From: an uncultured bacterium
GTDB taxonomy: Bacteria; Zhuqueibacterota; QNDG01; DTFT01
Direction: 5' to 3'
Length of the DNA stretch: 64,000 nucleotides
Assembly: GCA_963736115.1 (NCBI GenBank)
Contig: CAVTNR010000017.1
Location: 1-64,000 of the forward strand
A program made the translations under genes and the position numbers. The notes under the pieces are model-generated. The model did not search any database and had not been told where the DNA came from. It was given only the letters and a program-made list of their open reading frames with translations. Below, piece after piece: positions 9,479-18,648 of the stretch; within the stretch, counting starts at the first letter, position 1, and each line of letters opens with the position of its first letter.

Positions 9479-11479
9479 TCAGATCTGCTTTAAGCCGATC
9501 GTTTTAAGGTAGTTGAATGTGGAATTATAGAAAGATGGATCTCTTGTGGGGTCCAATTTGCTCCCTTCCGGGATGAAAACCACCATACCCTGTCGGGCGC
9601 GTGTCAGAAGGACCCTGTAGGCATTTTTCAGATAAGTCTTCCTTGACTCTTTCTTGATATTCTGCCATTTTGTGCCCCGGAACGAGTAATGCTCCCAGCT
9701 GTTGTTGCTGAACCGGAAATCGCCATCCCAGGAAACGCAAGTCCAATCCAGTTCAAGACCCTGCACATGAAATTCCGTGGCAGCATCCTCCAGATAATAT
9801 GAAGAACGGACGTCTTCTTTGCTGTCCAGGAACCATTTCACCGGATTGACCGGAGTTCGGATATCGATTGCATAGGGTTTCAATCGTTCCGCCTGGGAGG
9901 AGACGACGATGCCATATCGTTCACTTCCAGCGGCTTGGCTGCGAAGCCATTGTTTTGAGGTCTCCAGATTTCGGGTCAGAACGATCGGATAACGGTTCTC
10001 TAGATCGCGGTATAATACCTGTGCACGGTTGATATCACAATCCAGGACTGTTTTTATAAATTCCGAAACCGTCTCAGCCCGGAAAGATCGCATGGAAATT
10101 GAGAGATGGAGTTTGGATTCATAATGGATGCCGGCGCGGTCCCGCATGGAGTCGAGAATAGCCTTGGTGTTGTATTCGCTGTCCGTCAGAACAGGAGAAA
10201 TGTAGATGTGCCAATCCTTGAATGACTGCCGCAGGGAGGATAGCCATTCCCCGATACCCGCTTCCCCTGTGTTGATCTCCTGACCGCCTCCAACGAGACA
10301 GATAATAACGGCCCAGTCTTTCTTTCGATCCATGCAGGAAATGAGGTATTCTGGTTCAGATGCGTTAAAATCGGGTATTTTCTTTTTCTGCCGCATCCAG
10401 GCTGAGGTGTGCTCCTTATCCCAGGCGCGTTGTGCCTCGTCAAATAATGCGACGTGATCCGTTGGCGGCCGTGAGGCATCGCGGAGGCATTCATCCCTGA
10501 AATGATGTACGTTTTGAATAAAAGCCCTGACGCGGGCGTGTGCCTCGGACTTTCGAAGCCGATTTCCCTGCTCCGCTTCACGTTGCACGTGGTCCCTGGT
10601 CAATGCCTCCCGCAGAATTTCAACGAGTGGGCCGTTTCCCGACAGAAAAACACTGTGCAATTCACTTTTGGGGTCGTTGTAACGGGTAGCAATGTTCAGG
10701 CCGACGAGAGTCTTTCCCGCTCCGGGAACCCCGGTAATAAAACATATGGCCTTCTGGCCGGTGGTTCGAGTCTTCTCGATGATCTCATTCAGTGTATCGG
10801 ATGTATCGCTTAGGTTAATCGCGCCGGCATCATTTCGAGAGATGTCCGCGACGTTGTGGCCTGAATACAAGGCCCGAGCGGCTTCGATGATGGTCGGAGT
10901 GGGGCAGTAGCGGGATGATTCCCACTCCTCTTGATCGATCAGACGGCCCGGCAGTTCATGCGCGATCTTTCGGATCATTATCGCCAGGCCTTCAGCATTA
11001 ATGCAAATTGTCCGGAACAGACCTGGTATCCGTTGATGGGGTACGAGATCGCCTTTCATGACGCTCGCATGCGTAGCCACGACCAGGGGTATCAAGGTAA
11101 GATCATGACTGCCCTCATGAAAATACTTTAAATCAAGGGCATAATCTATTATCTGATCAATGTCACCGGTACGGTGCTGCTTGGCCCCCACTTTGAATTC
11201 AATGACTATCAGAATCCCGTTTATTAAAATGATGGCGTCAACCCGATGACCCATTCGGGGAATAGTAAACTCGAGATATATCCGTCCTCCGAACCCGACA
11301 AGAGAATTTCGAAGGAGAGGCAATTCATAAAGCCATGCATCTCTCTGTGTTTGCTGAATAGGGAATTCACTCCCGCGGACGAGTTCAGACAGCACGTGGT
11401 CGTCCGAGACTTTCTGAAAGTCGGAAAGAGAACTGGAGTACCAGGAACGGCGGACGATGGAGGGTAAGGTGGAAGTCAT
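9479..11479 (-). CDS. DUF2075 family protein: N-terminal PD-(D/E)xK/NERD-like nuclease plus Schlafen group 3-like helicase
   Basis: EFTIPRMGHRVD...IEFK; Walker A GVPGAGKT; FDEAQR; GQEINTGE; EFHVQGLELD; YRVLLTRAR; visibly lower GC than flanks. Confidence 0.88.
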   Translation of the reverse strand: MTSTLPSIVRRSWYSSSLSDFQKVSDDHVLSELVRGSEFPIQQTQRDAWLYELPLLRNSLVGFGGRIYLEFTIPRMGHRVDAIILINGILIVIEFKVGAKQHRTGDIDQIIDYALDLKYFHEGSHDLTLIPLVVATHASVMKGDLVPHQRIPGLFRTICINAEGLAIMIRKIAHELPGRLIDQEEWESSRYCPTPTIIEAARALYSGHNVADISRNDAGAINLSDTSDTLNEIIEKTRTTGQKAICFITGVPGAGKTLVGLNIATRYNDPKSELHSVFLSGNGPLVEILREALTRDHVQREAEQGNRLRKSEAHARVRAFIQNVHHFRDECLRDASRPPTDHVALFDEAQRAWDKEHTSAWMRQKKKIPDFNASEPEYLISCMDRKKDWAVIICLVGGGQEINTGEAGIGEWLSSLRQSFKDWHIYISPVLTDSEYNTKAILDSMRDRAGIHYESKLHLSISMRSFRAETVSEFIKTVLDCDINRAQVLYRDLENRYPIVLTRNLETSKQWLRSQAAGSERYGIVVSSQAERLKPYAIDIRTPVNPVKWFLDSKEDVRSSYYLEDAATEFHVQGLELDWTCVSWDGDFRFSNNSWEHYSFRGTKWQNIKKESRKTYLKNAYRVLLTRARQGMVVFIPEGSKLDPTRDPSFYNSTFNYLKTIGLKQI

Positions 11480-11633
11480 GTCTGGATTAGGATGACCGTC
11501 AGCGTATCATTCGTGTGCCTGGGTTGAGGAAAGGAGCTATATTTGCAGGAAACCGGCATTTCCAGGACCGATAAGCGTTACAGATACAAATTGTCATCAG
11601 AACGGAGATGATAATGCCATTTAAAAATATCGG

Positions 11634-11807
11634 TCAACTCAGCATTTTGATGATATGTTTTGCCAGACTTTCCGCAATCTCCCTGTGACGGGGTATGGGC
11701 TGACAGGCCTTGGTAACCGGATTCTGGTACCAGTCGTGTTTCCCGCCATGACGAATGAGCATGCAGCCCATCTGTTCAAGAGAACGGATCAGGTCGATGC
11801 GTTTCAT
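11634..11807 (-). CDS. hicA: HicA-family mRNA interferase toxin, 57 aa (absent from supplied ORF track)
   Basis: Manual translation MKRIDLIRSLEQMGCMLIRHGGKHDWYQNPVTKACQPIPRHREIAESLAKHIIKMLS; GxH motif; ATGA overlap with hicB. Confidence 0.9.
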   Translation of the reverse strand: MKRIDLIRSLEQMGCMLIRHGGKHDWYQNPVTKACQPIPRHREIAESLAKHIIKMLS

Positions 11808-11992
11808 GCGATCTGAAGTTCGCCGACATGTCGGATATTGGGAATCTGGCCGCTTGTCAAATCTTTGTACAGATCCTTTAAATTATCCGTCAACTCTTCG
11901 AGCGATTCTCCCTGGGTTCTGTAATCGGGGAATTCTTCGAGCCAGCCGATGTACATTTTATCTTCCTGATAATAGATGTATTTCTTAGTCAT
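11804..11992 (-). CDS. hicB: Short HicB-family antitoxin
   Basis: YIGWLEEFPDYRTQGESLEEL motif; RBS GGAGG; coupled to hicA. Confidence 0.88.
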   Translation of the reverse strand: MTKKYIYYQEDKMYIGWLEEFPDYRTQGESLEELTDNLKDLYKDLTSGQIPNIRHVGELQIA

Positions 11993-12094
11993 GTTGCCTG
12001 TCCTCCTCCCAGGGAGTTATTTCTTCACTGTCGGGGAAGTCTTTTCTTCAGTAAAATAATATATGCTGAATTTCTTGGATTATCAAGTAAAAAT

Positions 12095-12119
12095 GCGCGG
12101 CCTGAAGGCCGCGGCTACC
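12095..12119 (-). repeat. GTAG-family REP (right, inverted)
   Basis: Reverse complement gGTAGccgcggcc-ttca-ggccgcgc; differs from left copy only in the loop. Confidence 0.8.
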
Positions 12120-12207
12120 GCACAGACGGGATTCCCCTGTTTTCCCCCTTGCCTTTGTCCCCCCTTTCCCGTATCTTTTTCGAAACAACCCCAATGACGG
12201 AGGACGA

Positions 12208-14388
12208 ATGGCAGTCCGATCCCGTAAACCGTCCAAAGCCGCACCTGCAAAGCCGGGCGGCACCTCGAATCCGGCAGGCATTCCTGCCAACGCTTACACC
12301 CCCCTGAAACCCGGGGAAAAATACATCCCTTTCGTTCCCGCAGGGAAAACGATTCCCGAAGTCACCCGCAGGTCCGTGCTCACAGGCGTTCTCATGGCTG
12401 TGCTTTTCTCCTTTGCCGCCTGTTATCTCGGACTGGTCGCGGGCCAGGTGTTCGAGGCGGCCATTCCCATTGCTATTCTCGCTGTGGGGCTCGCCGGTCT
12501 CTACGCGAGGAAAAGCTCCATACTCGAAAATGTCATCATTCAGTCCATCGGCGCCGCCTCCGGCCTGGTCGTGGCCGGCGCCATTTTCACCCTGCCTGCT
12601 TTGTACATACTCGGACTTGAAGTAAACCTGCTCCACACGTTCATCGCATCCTGCCTGGGCGGATTCCTCGGCATTCTCTTTCTCGTTCCGCTCCGACGTT
12701 ATTTCGTGGCTGAGGAGCACGGCAAGCTTCCGTTTCCCGAGGCTACGGCCACGACGGAAATACTCGCCACGGGCGAGCGGGGCGGTAAGTCCGCGAAAAT
12801 CCTCGCCCTGTCCATGGCGATCGGCGGGGCCTATGACTTTCTCGTGGAGGCGCTTCAGGCCTGGCCTAAAACCCTCCGAACCGATGTTCTGCTCGGCAAA
12901 TTCGGACACGCCCTTTCCGAAAAGGCGCGATGGGTTTTCAAGCTGGACGGCACGGCCGCGCTGTTCGGGCTCGGGTACATCATCGGCCTGCGTTATTCGG
13001 CCGTGATCGCGGCAGGATCCGTTTTTTCCTTTCTCATACTGGTCCCCCTCATCTGGCAGTTCGGCCAGGCCCTTCCGTCCATCGTCATCCCCGGAACCGT
13101 GCCGATCGGACAGATGACGGACGGCCAGATCTTCTCGGCCTATGCACAGAAGATCGGCATCGGCGCAATCGCCATGGCCGGCGTGCTGGGCATTCTCAAG
13201 ATGGCGAAAATCATCTTATCCTCGTTCTCCGTCGGCGTCCGGGAGATTTTCCGCGGCACGACCGCGTCTGCGAAATCGACGCTTCGGACGGACACGGACA
13301 TCTCCATGAAATACAACCTGGCCTTCATTCTGCTCACTCTGGCCGCGGTGTTCGGCGCGTTCGCCCTATTCGCGTCCGGAGCAGGGGAGCCCGCCTTCGT
13401 GCTTCAGGTCGCGGCCATAGGGCTGGGTATCGTGGCCATACTCGCCTTTCTGTTCACGCCCGTGGCGGTGCGCGCCACGGCCATCGTGGGAGTGAATCCC
13501 GTATCCGGAATGACGCTCATCACCCTGATCCTTTCCTCGCTGGCCCTGGTGTCCATCGGCCTCACTGGCGCGGTGGGTATGACCGTGGTGCTGGTGATGG
13601 GATGCGTGGTGTGCACGGCTCTTTCGATGTCCGGCGGTTTCATCACGGACCTCAAGATCGGGTATTGGCTCGGCGCCACGCCGGCTAACCAGCAGAGATG
13701 GAAGTTTCTCGGCGTCGTGGTCTCGGCACTGTCCGTTTCACTCGCCCTGCTTCTCATCCAGAAGGCGTACGGCTTCACCATCGGAGGGAAGGGGATTCTC
13801 GACGGCGGCGTGCCGAACCCAGCGATTTCGGCGCCGCAGGGCAATCTCATGGCGACCATCATCCAATCCCTGATGGTCGAGTCGCAGATTCCATACGGCC
13901 TCTACGCACTCGGCGCACTGTGCGCCCTGATGATCGAGATGCTCGGCGTGTCCCCGCTCGCCTTCGCGCTGGGCATGTACCTTCCGATCCAGATCAACAT
14001 GCCGCTGCTCGTCGGGGGGCTGGTGTCATGGGCTGTGATGAGGAGTTCCGGGTTCCGGGTTCCGGGTTCCGAAAAGAAAAAGGATGAAACCCGGCAGTCT
14101 CCGAAGGAAAGGGGCATCCTGATTGCTTCGGGATTCATCGCGGGCGGGGCGCTGATGGGCGTCATCGGAGCGGTGCTGAACCTGAATGAAATCGGAAAAC
14201 CGGTCCGCTTCCTCTCCATCGGAGCGGAATACGCGGCGCAGGTTCTCCCGGACAGCGGCAGGACGATATGGGAGATCGCGTCGTTTGCGCCTTATTACCA
14301 GGCCGGACCGGGCCAGTGGATCAGCCTTGGCTGTTTCACGTCGTTGTGCGCGTTCTGCTATTTTTACGCGAGGGGCGGCAGACGCTGA
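12208..14388 (+). CDS. OPT family oligopeptide transporter
   Basis: ILENVIIQSIG, LPFPEATA, NPVSGMT, DLKIGYWLGATP, APQGNLMA, ASGFIAG. Confidence 0.93.
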   Translation: MAVRSRKPSKAAPAKPGGTSNPAGIPANAYTPLKPGEKYIPFVPAGKTIPEVTRRSVLTGVLMAVLFSFAACYLGLVAGQVFEAAIPIAILAVGLAGLYARKSSILENVIIQSIGAASGLVVAGAIFTLPALYILGLEVNLLHTFIASCLGGFLGILFLVPLRRYFVAEEHGKLPFPEATATTEILATGERGGKSAKILALSMAIGGAYDFLVEALQAWPKTLRTDVLLGKFGHALSEKARWVFKLDGTAALFGLGYIIGLRYSAVIAAGSVFSFLILVPLIWQFGQALPSIVIPGTVPIGQMTDGQIFSAYAQKIGIGAIAMAGVLGILKMAKIILSSFSVGVREIFRGTTASAKSTLRTDTDISMKYNLAFILLTLAAVFGAFALFASGAGEPAFVLQVAAIGLGIVAILAFLFTPVAVRATAIVGVNPVSGMTLITLILSSLALVSIGLTGAVGMTVVLVMGCVVCTALSMSGGFITDLKIGYWLGATPANQQRWKFLGVVVSALSVSLALLLIQKAYGFTIGGKGILDGGVPNPAISAPQGNLMATIIQSLMVESQIPYGLYALGALCALMIEMLGVSPLAFALGMYLPIQINMPLLVGGLVSWAVMRSSGFRVPGSEKKKDETRQSPKERGILIASGFIAGGALMGVIGAVLNLNEIGKPVRFLSIGAEYAAQVLPDSGRTIWEIASFAPYYQAGPGQWISLGCFTSLCAFCYFYARGGRR
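14044..14071 (+). repeat. 7-nt tandem array (RGTTCCG)4 inside OPT coding sequence
   Basis: agttccg ggttccg ggttccg ggttccg, translated SSGFRVPGS in a hydrophilic loop. Confidence 0.75.
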
Positions 14389-14532
14389 TGCGGCCGAATT
14401 CCGGTACCGTTTGAAAGGCACCATCTCATTCATTGCTTGATTTATGGGCATTTTTTCACTATTTTATAAAAGCAAGAGACAATTTAGAATCACTGGATCT
14501 TTTCACTCACCCCAAGGAGAAGGAAGATAAAA

Positions 14533-14835
14533 ATGGCAGACAAAGCGAGTCCCATGACCAAGTCCCAGCTGATCTCCGTACTCGCGGAGAAAACCGGGAT
14601 GTCCAAGAAGGATGTCGTCGCGTTCATGGATCTCCTCGTCGATACCGCGTGCAAGGAGGCCAAGAAAAAGGGCCAGTTCATCATGCCCGGTCTCGGAAAA
14701 CTCGTGAAAGTGCACCGGAAAGCCCGCATGGGCCGCAACCCGGCAACCGGCGAAACCATCAAGATCGGGGCCAAGACAGTCTGCAAATTCAAAGTCGCCA
14801 AGGCCTGCAAGGACGCTGTTCTGGGCACCAAGTAA
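14533..14835 (+). CDS. hup: HU family DNA-binding protein
   Basis: MTKSQLI, GLGKL, RKARMGRNPATGETIKI. Confidence 0.93.
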   Translation: MADKASPMTKSQLISVLAEKTGMSKKDVVAFMDLLVDTACKEAKKKGQFIMPGLGKLVKVHRKARMGRNPATGETIKIGAKTVCKFKVAKACKDAVLGTK

Positions 14836-14857
14836 ACTGCCATTCTTGAGATTTAAG

Positions 14858-14895
14858 AAGGCCCTCCGGTATAAGAACCGGGGGGTTTTCTTTTT
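14858..14895 (+). terminator. Intrinsic terminator after HU
   Basis: GC stem ccctccggt...accgggggg followed by ttttcttttt. Confidence 0.7.
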
Positions 14896-15015
14896 GCCCG
14901 GATTTGATGATAAAGTGAATGTTTTTATTGATCTGTCCGTTCGTCATCGGCTTCTATCATCCGGGATTTGCCGGGAAATCCTTAAAAGGATTTCCATTTT
15001 TTTCCTCTATGCAGA

Positions 15016-15075
15016 CCCACGGCTGAAGCCGTGGATATTCCCACGGATAAATCCGTGGGCTGAGGCCGTGGGCTG
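15016..15075. repeat. Cluster of REP-like palindromes
   Basis: ccacggc-tgaa-gccgtgg, cccacgga-taaa-tccgtggg, partial third copy gccgtgggct. Confidence 0.7.
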
Positions 15076-15112
15076 GGGCAATCAGGCGGGAAGGGAGATG
15101 GATCCGGATTTT

Positions 15113-15130
15113 TAGTGAAATTAATCACAA
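15113..15130. promoter_or_regulatory. Rex operator
   Basis: TAGTGAA-ATTA-ATCACAA versus consensus TTGTGAA-N4-TTCACAA (2 mismatches), directly upstream of the rex promoter. Confidence 0.75.
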
Positions 15131-15136
15131 TAATCC

Positions 15137-15165
15137 TTGACTTTTTTTCTTGAAATCCTTACATT
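15137..15165 (+). promoter_or_regulatory. Sigma70-type promoter of rex-hydrogenase operon
   Basis: TTGACT, 17 nt, TACATT. Confidence 0.6.
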
Positions 15166-15198
15166 TTTTGACTCCTGACAGATCGGTTGCGTATTACT

Positions 15199-15831
15199 AT
15201 GGTGAACAAGAAGGTGGTTGCCCGGCTGTCCAGTTACCGGACAGCGCTTCTCCGGTTCCATGAACTCGGCTTCGTCAAAGTGTTTTCGGACACTCTGGCC
15301 GAAGCCGTCGGCGCCACCTCCGCCCAGGTCCGGAAGGATTTTTCCCTGTTCGGCATCTCCGGCAACAAGAAGGGCGGGTATCAGACCGATGTTTTAATCG
15401 AGAAGCTCCAATCCCTTCTGGGCAAGGACCGCGTTCAGCCCGTCATTGTCGTCGGCATCGGGAATATCGGGACCGCCCTGCTCAAGTACCGGGGATTCGA
15501 GGATGAAGGCATTCGAATTGTCGCGGGGTTCGACCTCGACCCGGCAAAGATCAACAGGAAGCTGAAAGTGCCCGTTCTGCCGGCGGATGAAATGCCGGAC
15601 TTCATCCGGGAACAGCGCGTGACAATCGGCATCATCGCCGTTCCGGACGCCGCGGCCCAGGCCGTGTGCGACACACTGGTCGCGACCGGAATCCGGGGCA
15701 TCCTCAATTTCGCGCCGATCGTCCTTCGCGCGGAAGAGGGCGTGATCGTCAACAACGTCAACCTGCAGAACGAATTAGAGAATGTGATCTATTTCGTGAA
15801 TACGCTGGCGAAGCAGATCAAGGTAAAATAA
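15199..15831 (+). CDS. rex: Redox-sensing transcriptional repressor Rex
   Basis: RLSSY, QVRKDFSLFG...GY winged helix; VGIGNIGTAL Rossmann; GILNFAP. Confidence 0.95.
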   Translation: MVNKKVVARLSSYRTALLRFHELGFVKVFSDTLAEAVGATSAQVRKDFSLFGISGNKKGGYQTDVLIEKLQSLLGKDRVQPVIVVGIGNIGTALLKYRGFEDEGIRIVAGFDLDPAKINRKLKVPVLPADEMPDFIREQRVTIGIIAVPDAAAQAVCDTLVATGIRGILNFAPIVLRAEEGVIVNNVNLQNELENVIYFVNTLAKQIKVK

Positions 15832-15977
15832 AGCGAGCGCCGGCGTCATTGATCCGGACCGGCGTAACCGGGGATGAACGAAACCCGCGGGCGCGGTCAG
15901 AAGCCCGCGAAAGTGGATCGAGCGATTTGAACGGATAAAACACGGGCGTCTGACAGCCCGATTGATTGGAGAACGGG

Positions 15978-17003
15978 ATGAGAGCGGTCAAGCTGAAGAA
16001 GAGCCACCTGAAGGGCTTTCTGACCTGCGTCGGCGGGTGGGGCGAACTTTGGGGGCCCGTGAAACGGAACGGGCGGCACGTCCTCGAGTCGATCGAAGAC
16101 ATCAAGGACATCGACCTCACGGCCCTGCGCACGACCCTGCCTTTCAAGAAACTGCTGTTTCCGCCGAAATTCAGCATGTTCCGGTATGACGCGAATAGCT
16201 ACCAGGACACCCTGTCCGCCATTCCGAAGCGCGTGATTTTCGGGCTTCACGCCTGCGACATCAAGGCCCTATGCATCATGGACGAATTTTTCGCCAAGGA
16301 ATACAAGGACCCCTACTACTACGAGCGCCGGAACCGCACCGCCATCATCGGCCATTCCTGCATTCCGGACGACAAGTGCTTCTGCAACGCGACGGACAAC
16401 GAGACGGTCACTGAGGGCTTCGACCTGTTCCTCAGCGACCTGGGCGATTTCTACCTGGTCTGGGTGGGATCGAGCCTCGGAGACGACATGGTCCGCGAAT
16501 GCCCGAAGCTCATCGACACGAACGTGGGGCACGAGGACCTGAAGAAGTACATCCAGTTCCAGAAACACCGGTCCGAGCAGTTCAAGCATCAGATCGATCT
16601 GACCGGCATGCCCGACATCGTGGAACTGAGCGCCGACAGCCCGGTCTGGGAGGAGGAGGGGAAGAAGTGCCTGTCGTGCGGCGCCTGCACGATCGTCTGC
16701 CCGACCTGCCCCTGCTACAACGTCAACGACGAAACCGATCTCGGCAAACCGTCGGGCGAACGGATGCGGCAGTGGGACTCCTGCATGTTCCGCGAGTATT
16801 CCCTGGTCGCCGGCGGCCATAACTTCCGCGAGGCCCGGGCCGAGCGGCTGAAGCTCCGTTTCACCCACAAACTGCAGTCATTCGTCGGCAAGTTCGGAAA
16901 GCCGGCCTGCACCGGATGCGGCCGTTGCATCGCCACGTGCCCGGTGGATATCGACATCTTCACCATGGTCAAGAAACTGCAAGGCGAGGAGGTGCGCTCA
17001 TGA
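15978..17003 (+). CDS. Group 3b sulfhydrogenase beta subunit (AsrA-like Fe-S protein)
   Basis: GLHACD, CLSCGACTIVCPTCPC, WDSC, CTGCGRCIATCP. Confidence 0.9.
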   Translation: MRAVKLKKSHLKGFLTCVGGWGELWGPVKRNGRHVLESIEDIKDIDLTALRTTLPFKKLLFPPKFSMFRYDANSYQDTLSAIPKRVIFGLHACDIKALCIMDEFFAKEYKDPYYYERRNRTAIIGHSCIPDDKCFCNATDNETVTEGFDLFLSDLGDFYLVWVGSSLGDDMVRECPKLIDTNVGHEDLKKYIQFQKHRSEQFKHQIDLTGMPDIVELSADSPVWEEEGKKCLSCGACTIVCPTCPCYNVNDETDLGKPSGERMRQWDSCMFREYSLVAGGHNFREARAERLKLRFTHKLQSFVGKFGKPACTGCGRCIATCPVDIDIFTMVKKLQGEEVRS

Positions 17004-17854
17004 GCGCGGCGGTCGAAATCCAGAATCCCTACCTGCCGGAGCCCTACCGGCTCATCCGGCGGTACCCGCTCACCGACGATGTGCACTTCTTCCAGGTCCG
17101 GGCGGTGGACATGGACCGGGCGCTGTCCCTCCAGTACGCGCCCGGCCAGTTCATGATGGTGTCCATTCCGGGAATGGGGGAGGCGCCGTTCTCCATCTCC
17201 TCGACTCCGTCCCGGCCGGGGCTGATCGAATTCGGCATCCGCCGGGTGGGCCGCATCACGGACCAGATCTTTACACTCAAGGAGAACAGCGTGCTCGGCG
17301 TGCGCGGCCCCTACGGGACCGGCTTCCCCATCGAGAAGATGGAGGGGAAGAACCTCGTCATCGTGATGGGGGGCCTCGGCGCCATTCCGCTCCGCTCCCT
17401 CCTGCAGTACGCGCTTGACAACCGGGACCGGTTCGCCCACCTTGCGCTCATTTACGGCGCGCGGACCCCGGCCGACATGCTGTTCCGCAAGGAATTTCTG
17501 AGCCTCATGGATCGCGACGACATCCAGTGCCTGCTGACCGTCGACAAGGACGACACGGGCAAATGGCCCGGCCACGTCGGACTGCCGACCGTGCTCTTCA
17601 AGCACCTCACCGGGCTTGATCCCAGGGAAACGAACCTCGTCGTGGTCGGTCCCCCGGTCATGTACAAGTTCATCGTCGCGGAAGCGCTCAAGCTCAATAT
17701 CCCCAAGCACCAGATCCTCATGTCGCTCGAGCGCCGCATGAAGTGCGGCATCGGCAAGTGCGGCCACTGCATCATCGGCGGCTACATCTACACCTGCCTC
17801 GAGGGTCCCACATTCTCGTACTGGGATGTGGTCCACATGAAGGGTCTCATCTAA
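17000..17854 (+). CDS. Group 3b sulfhydrogenase gamma subunit (FAD/NAD(P)-binding, 2Fe-2S)
   Basis: PGQF, RGPYG, GGLG, GPPVM, ERRMKCGIGKCGHC...CLEGP; ATGA overlap. Confidence 0.9.
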   Translation: MSAAVEIQNPYLPEPYRLIRRYPLTDDVHFFQVRAVDMDRALSLQYAPGQFMMVSIPGMGEAPFSISSTPSRPGLIEFGIRRVGRITDQIFTLKENSVLGVRGPYGTGFPIEKMEGKNLVIVMGGLGAIPLRSLLQYALDNRDRFAHLALIYGARTPADMLFRKEFLSLMDRDDIQCLLTVDKDDTGKWPGHVGLPTVLFKHLTGLDPRETNLVVVGPPVMYKFIVAEALKLNIPKHQILMSLERRMKCGIGKCGHCIIGGYIYTCLEGPTFSYWDVVHMKGLI

Positions 17855-17871
17855 CCGCAGGAGAGACGGTC

Positions 17872-18645
17872 TTGGAACGCAAGAAACTGGACATCGGCCT
17901 TTACGGGTTCACCGGCTGCAACGGCGACCAGCTTGTCATCGTGCACAGCGAGGACAAACTGCTCGACTTTTTCGGCGCGGCGAACATCAAGTCGTTCTCC
18001 CTCGCCAAGAGCGACAACGACGAATCGGCGCTCGACATCGCGTTCATCGAGGGGTCCATCTCCAACCGCGAGCAGGCGGAACATGTCAAGCACATCCGCG
18101 AGCGCTCCAAGATGCTCGTGGCGATCGGCTCGTGCGCGGTGTTCGGCGGCATCCAGAGCATGCACGTGAAGCCCTCTTGGGAGGAACGGTTCAAGAAGGT
18201 GTACGGCAACAACAAGCTGGCGCTGCGAACGCCCACGCCCTCCGTGCCCGTGTGCGGAGTGGTCAAGGTGGATTTCAGCCTGCCCGGGTGCCCCATCGAC
18301 GCGGACCAGTTCTTCTATGTGTTCGGCCAGCTGCTGCGCGGCCAGACCCCCGCCATGCCCGATTACCCGGTCTGCGCGGAATGCCGGTGGAAGGAAAACG
18401 AGTGCCTCCTGCTGAAGGGCATTTTCTGCGTCGGGCCGGTCACGGCGGGCGGATGTCAGGCCGTGTGCCCGTCGCACAACCTGCCCTGCCTGGGCTGCTG
18501 GGGCCCGGTGCAGGAGGGGAACGCCGATTCCCACGTCGCCCTGCTGAAAGAGAAGGGCTTCTCGGCTGAAGCCATTCAGAACCGGATGGGCATGCACGCA
18601 GGTGCGGGCATTCCCGAATCCGTCAAAAAACTGCTGGGAGCATAG
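17872..18645 (+). CDS. Group 3b [NiFe] hydrogenase small (delta) subunit
   Basis: TTG start with AGGAG; TGCNGD, EGS, GSCA, PGCP, VCAEC...C...C, GCQAVCP...CLGCWG. Confidence 0.9.
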   Translation: MERKKLDIGLYGFTGCNGDQLVIVHSEDKLLDFFGAANIKSFSLAKSDNDESALDIAFIEGSISNREQAEHVKHIRERSKMLVAIGSCAVFGGIQSMHVKPSWEERFKKVYGNNKLALRTPTPSVPVCGVVKVDFSLPGCPIDADQFFYVFGQLLRGQTPAMPDYPVCAECRWKENECLLLKGIFCVGPVTAGGCQAVCPSHNLPCLGCWGPVQEGNADSHVALLKEKGFSAEAIQNRMGMHAGAGIPESVKKLLGA

Positions 18646-18648
18646 ATC

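Noticed and set aside
11681-11700. Apparent frameshift in hicA
   Set aside because: Recount shows four G residues; frame is intact.
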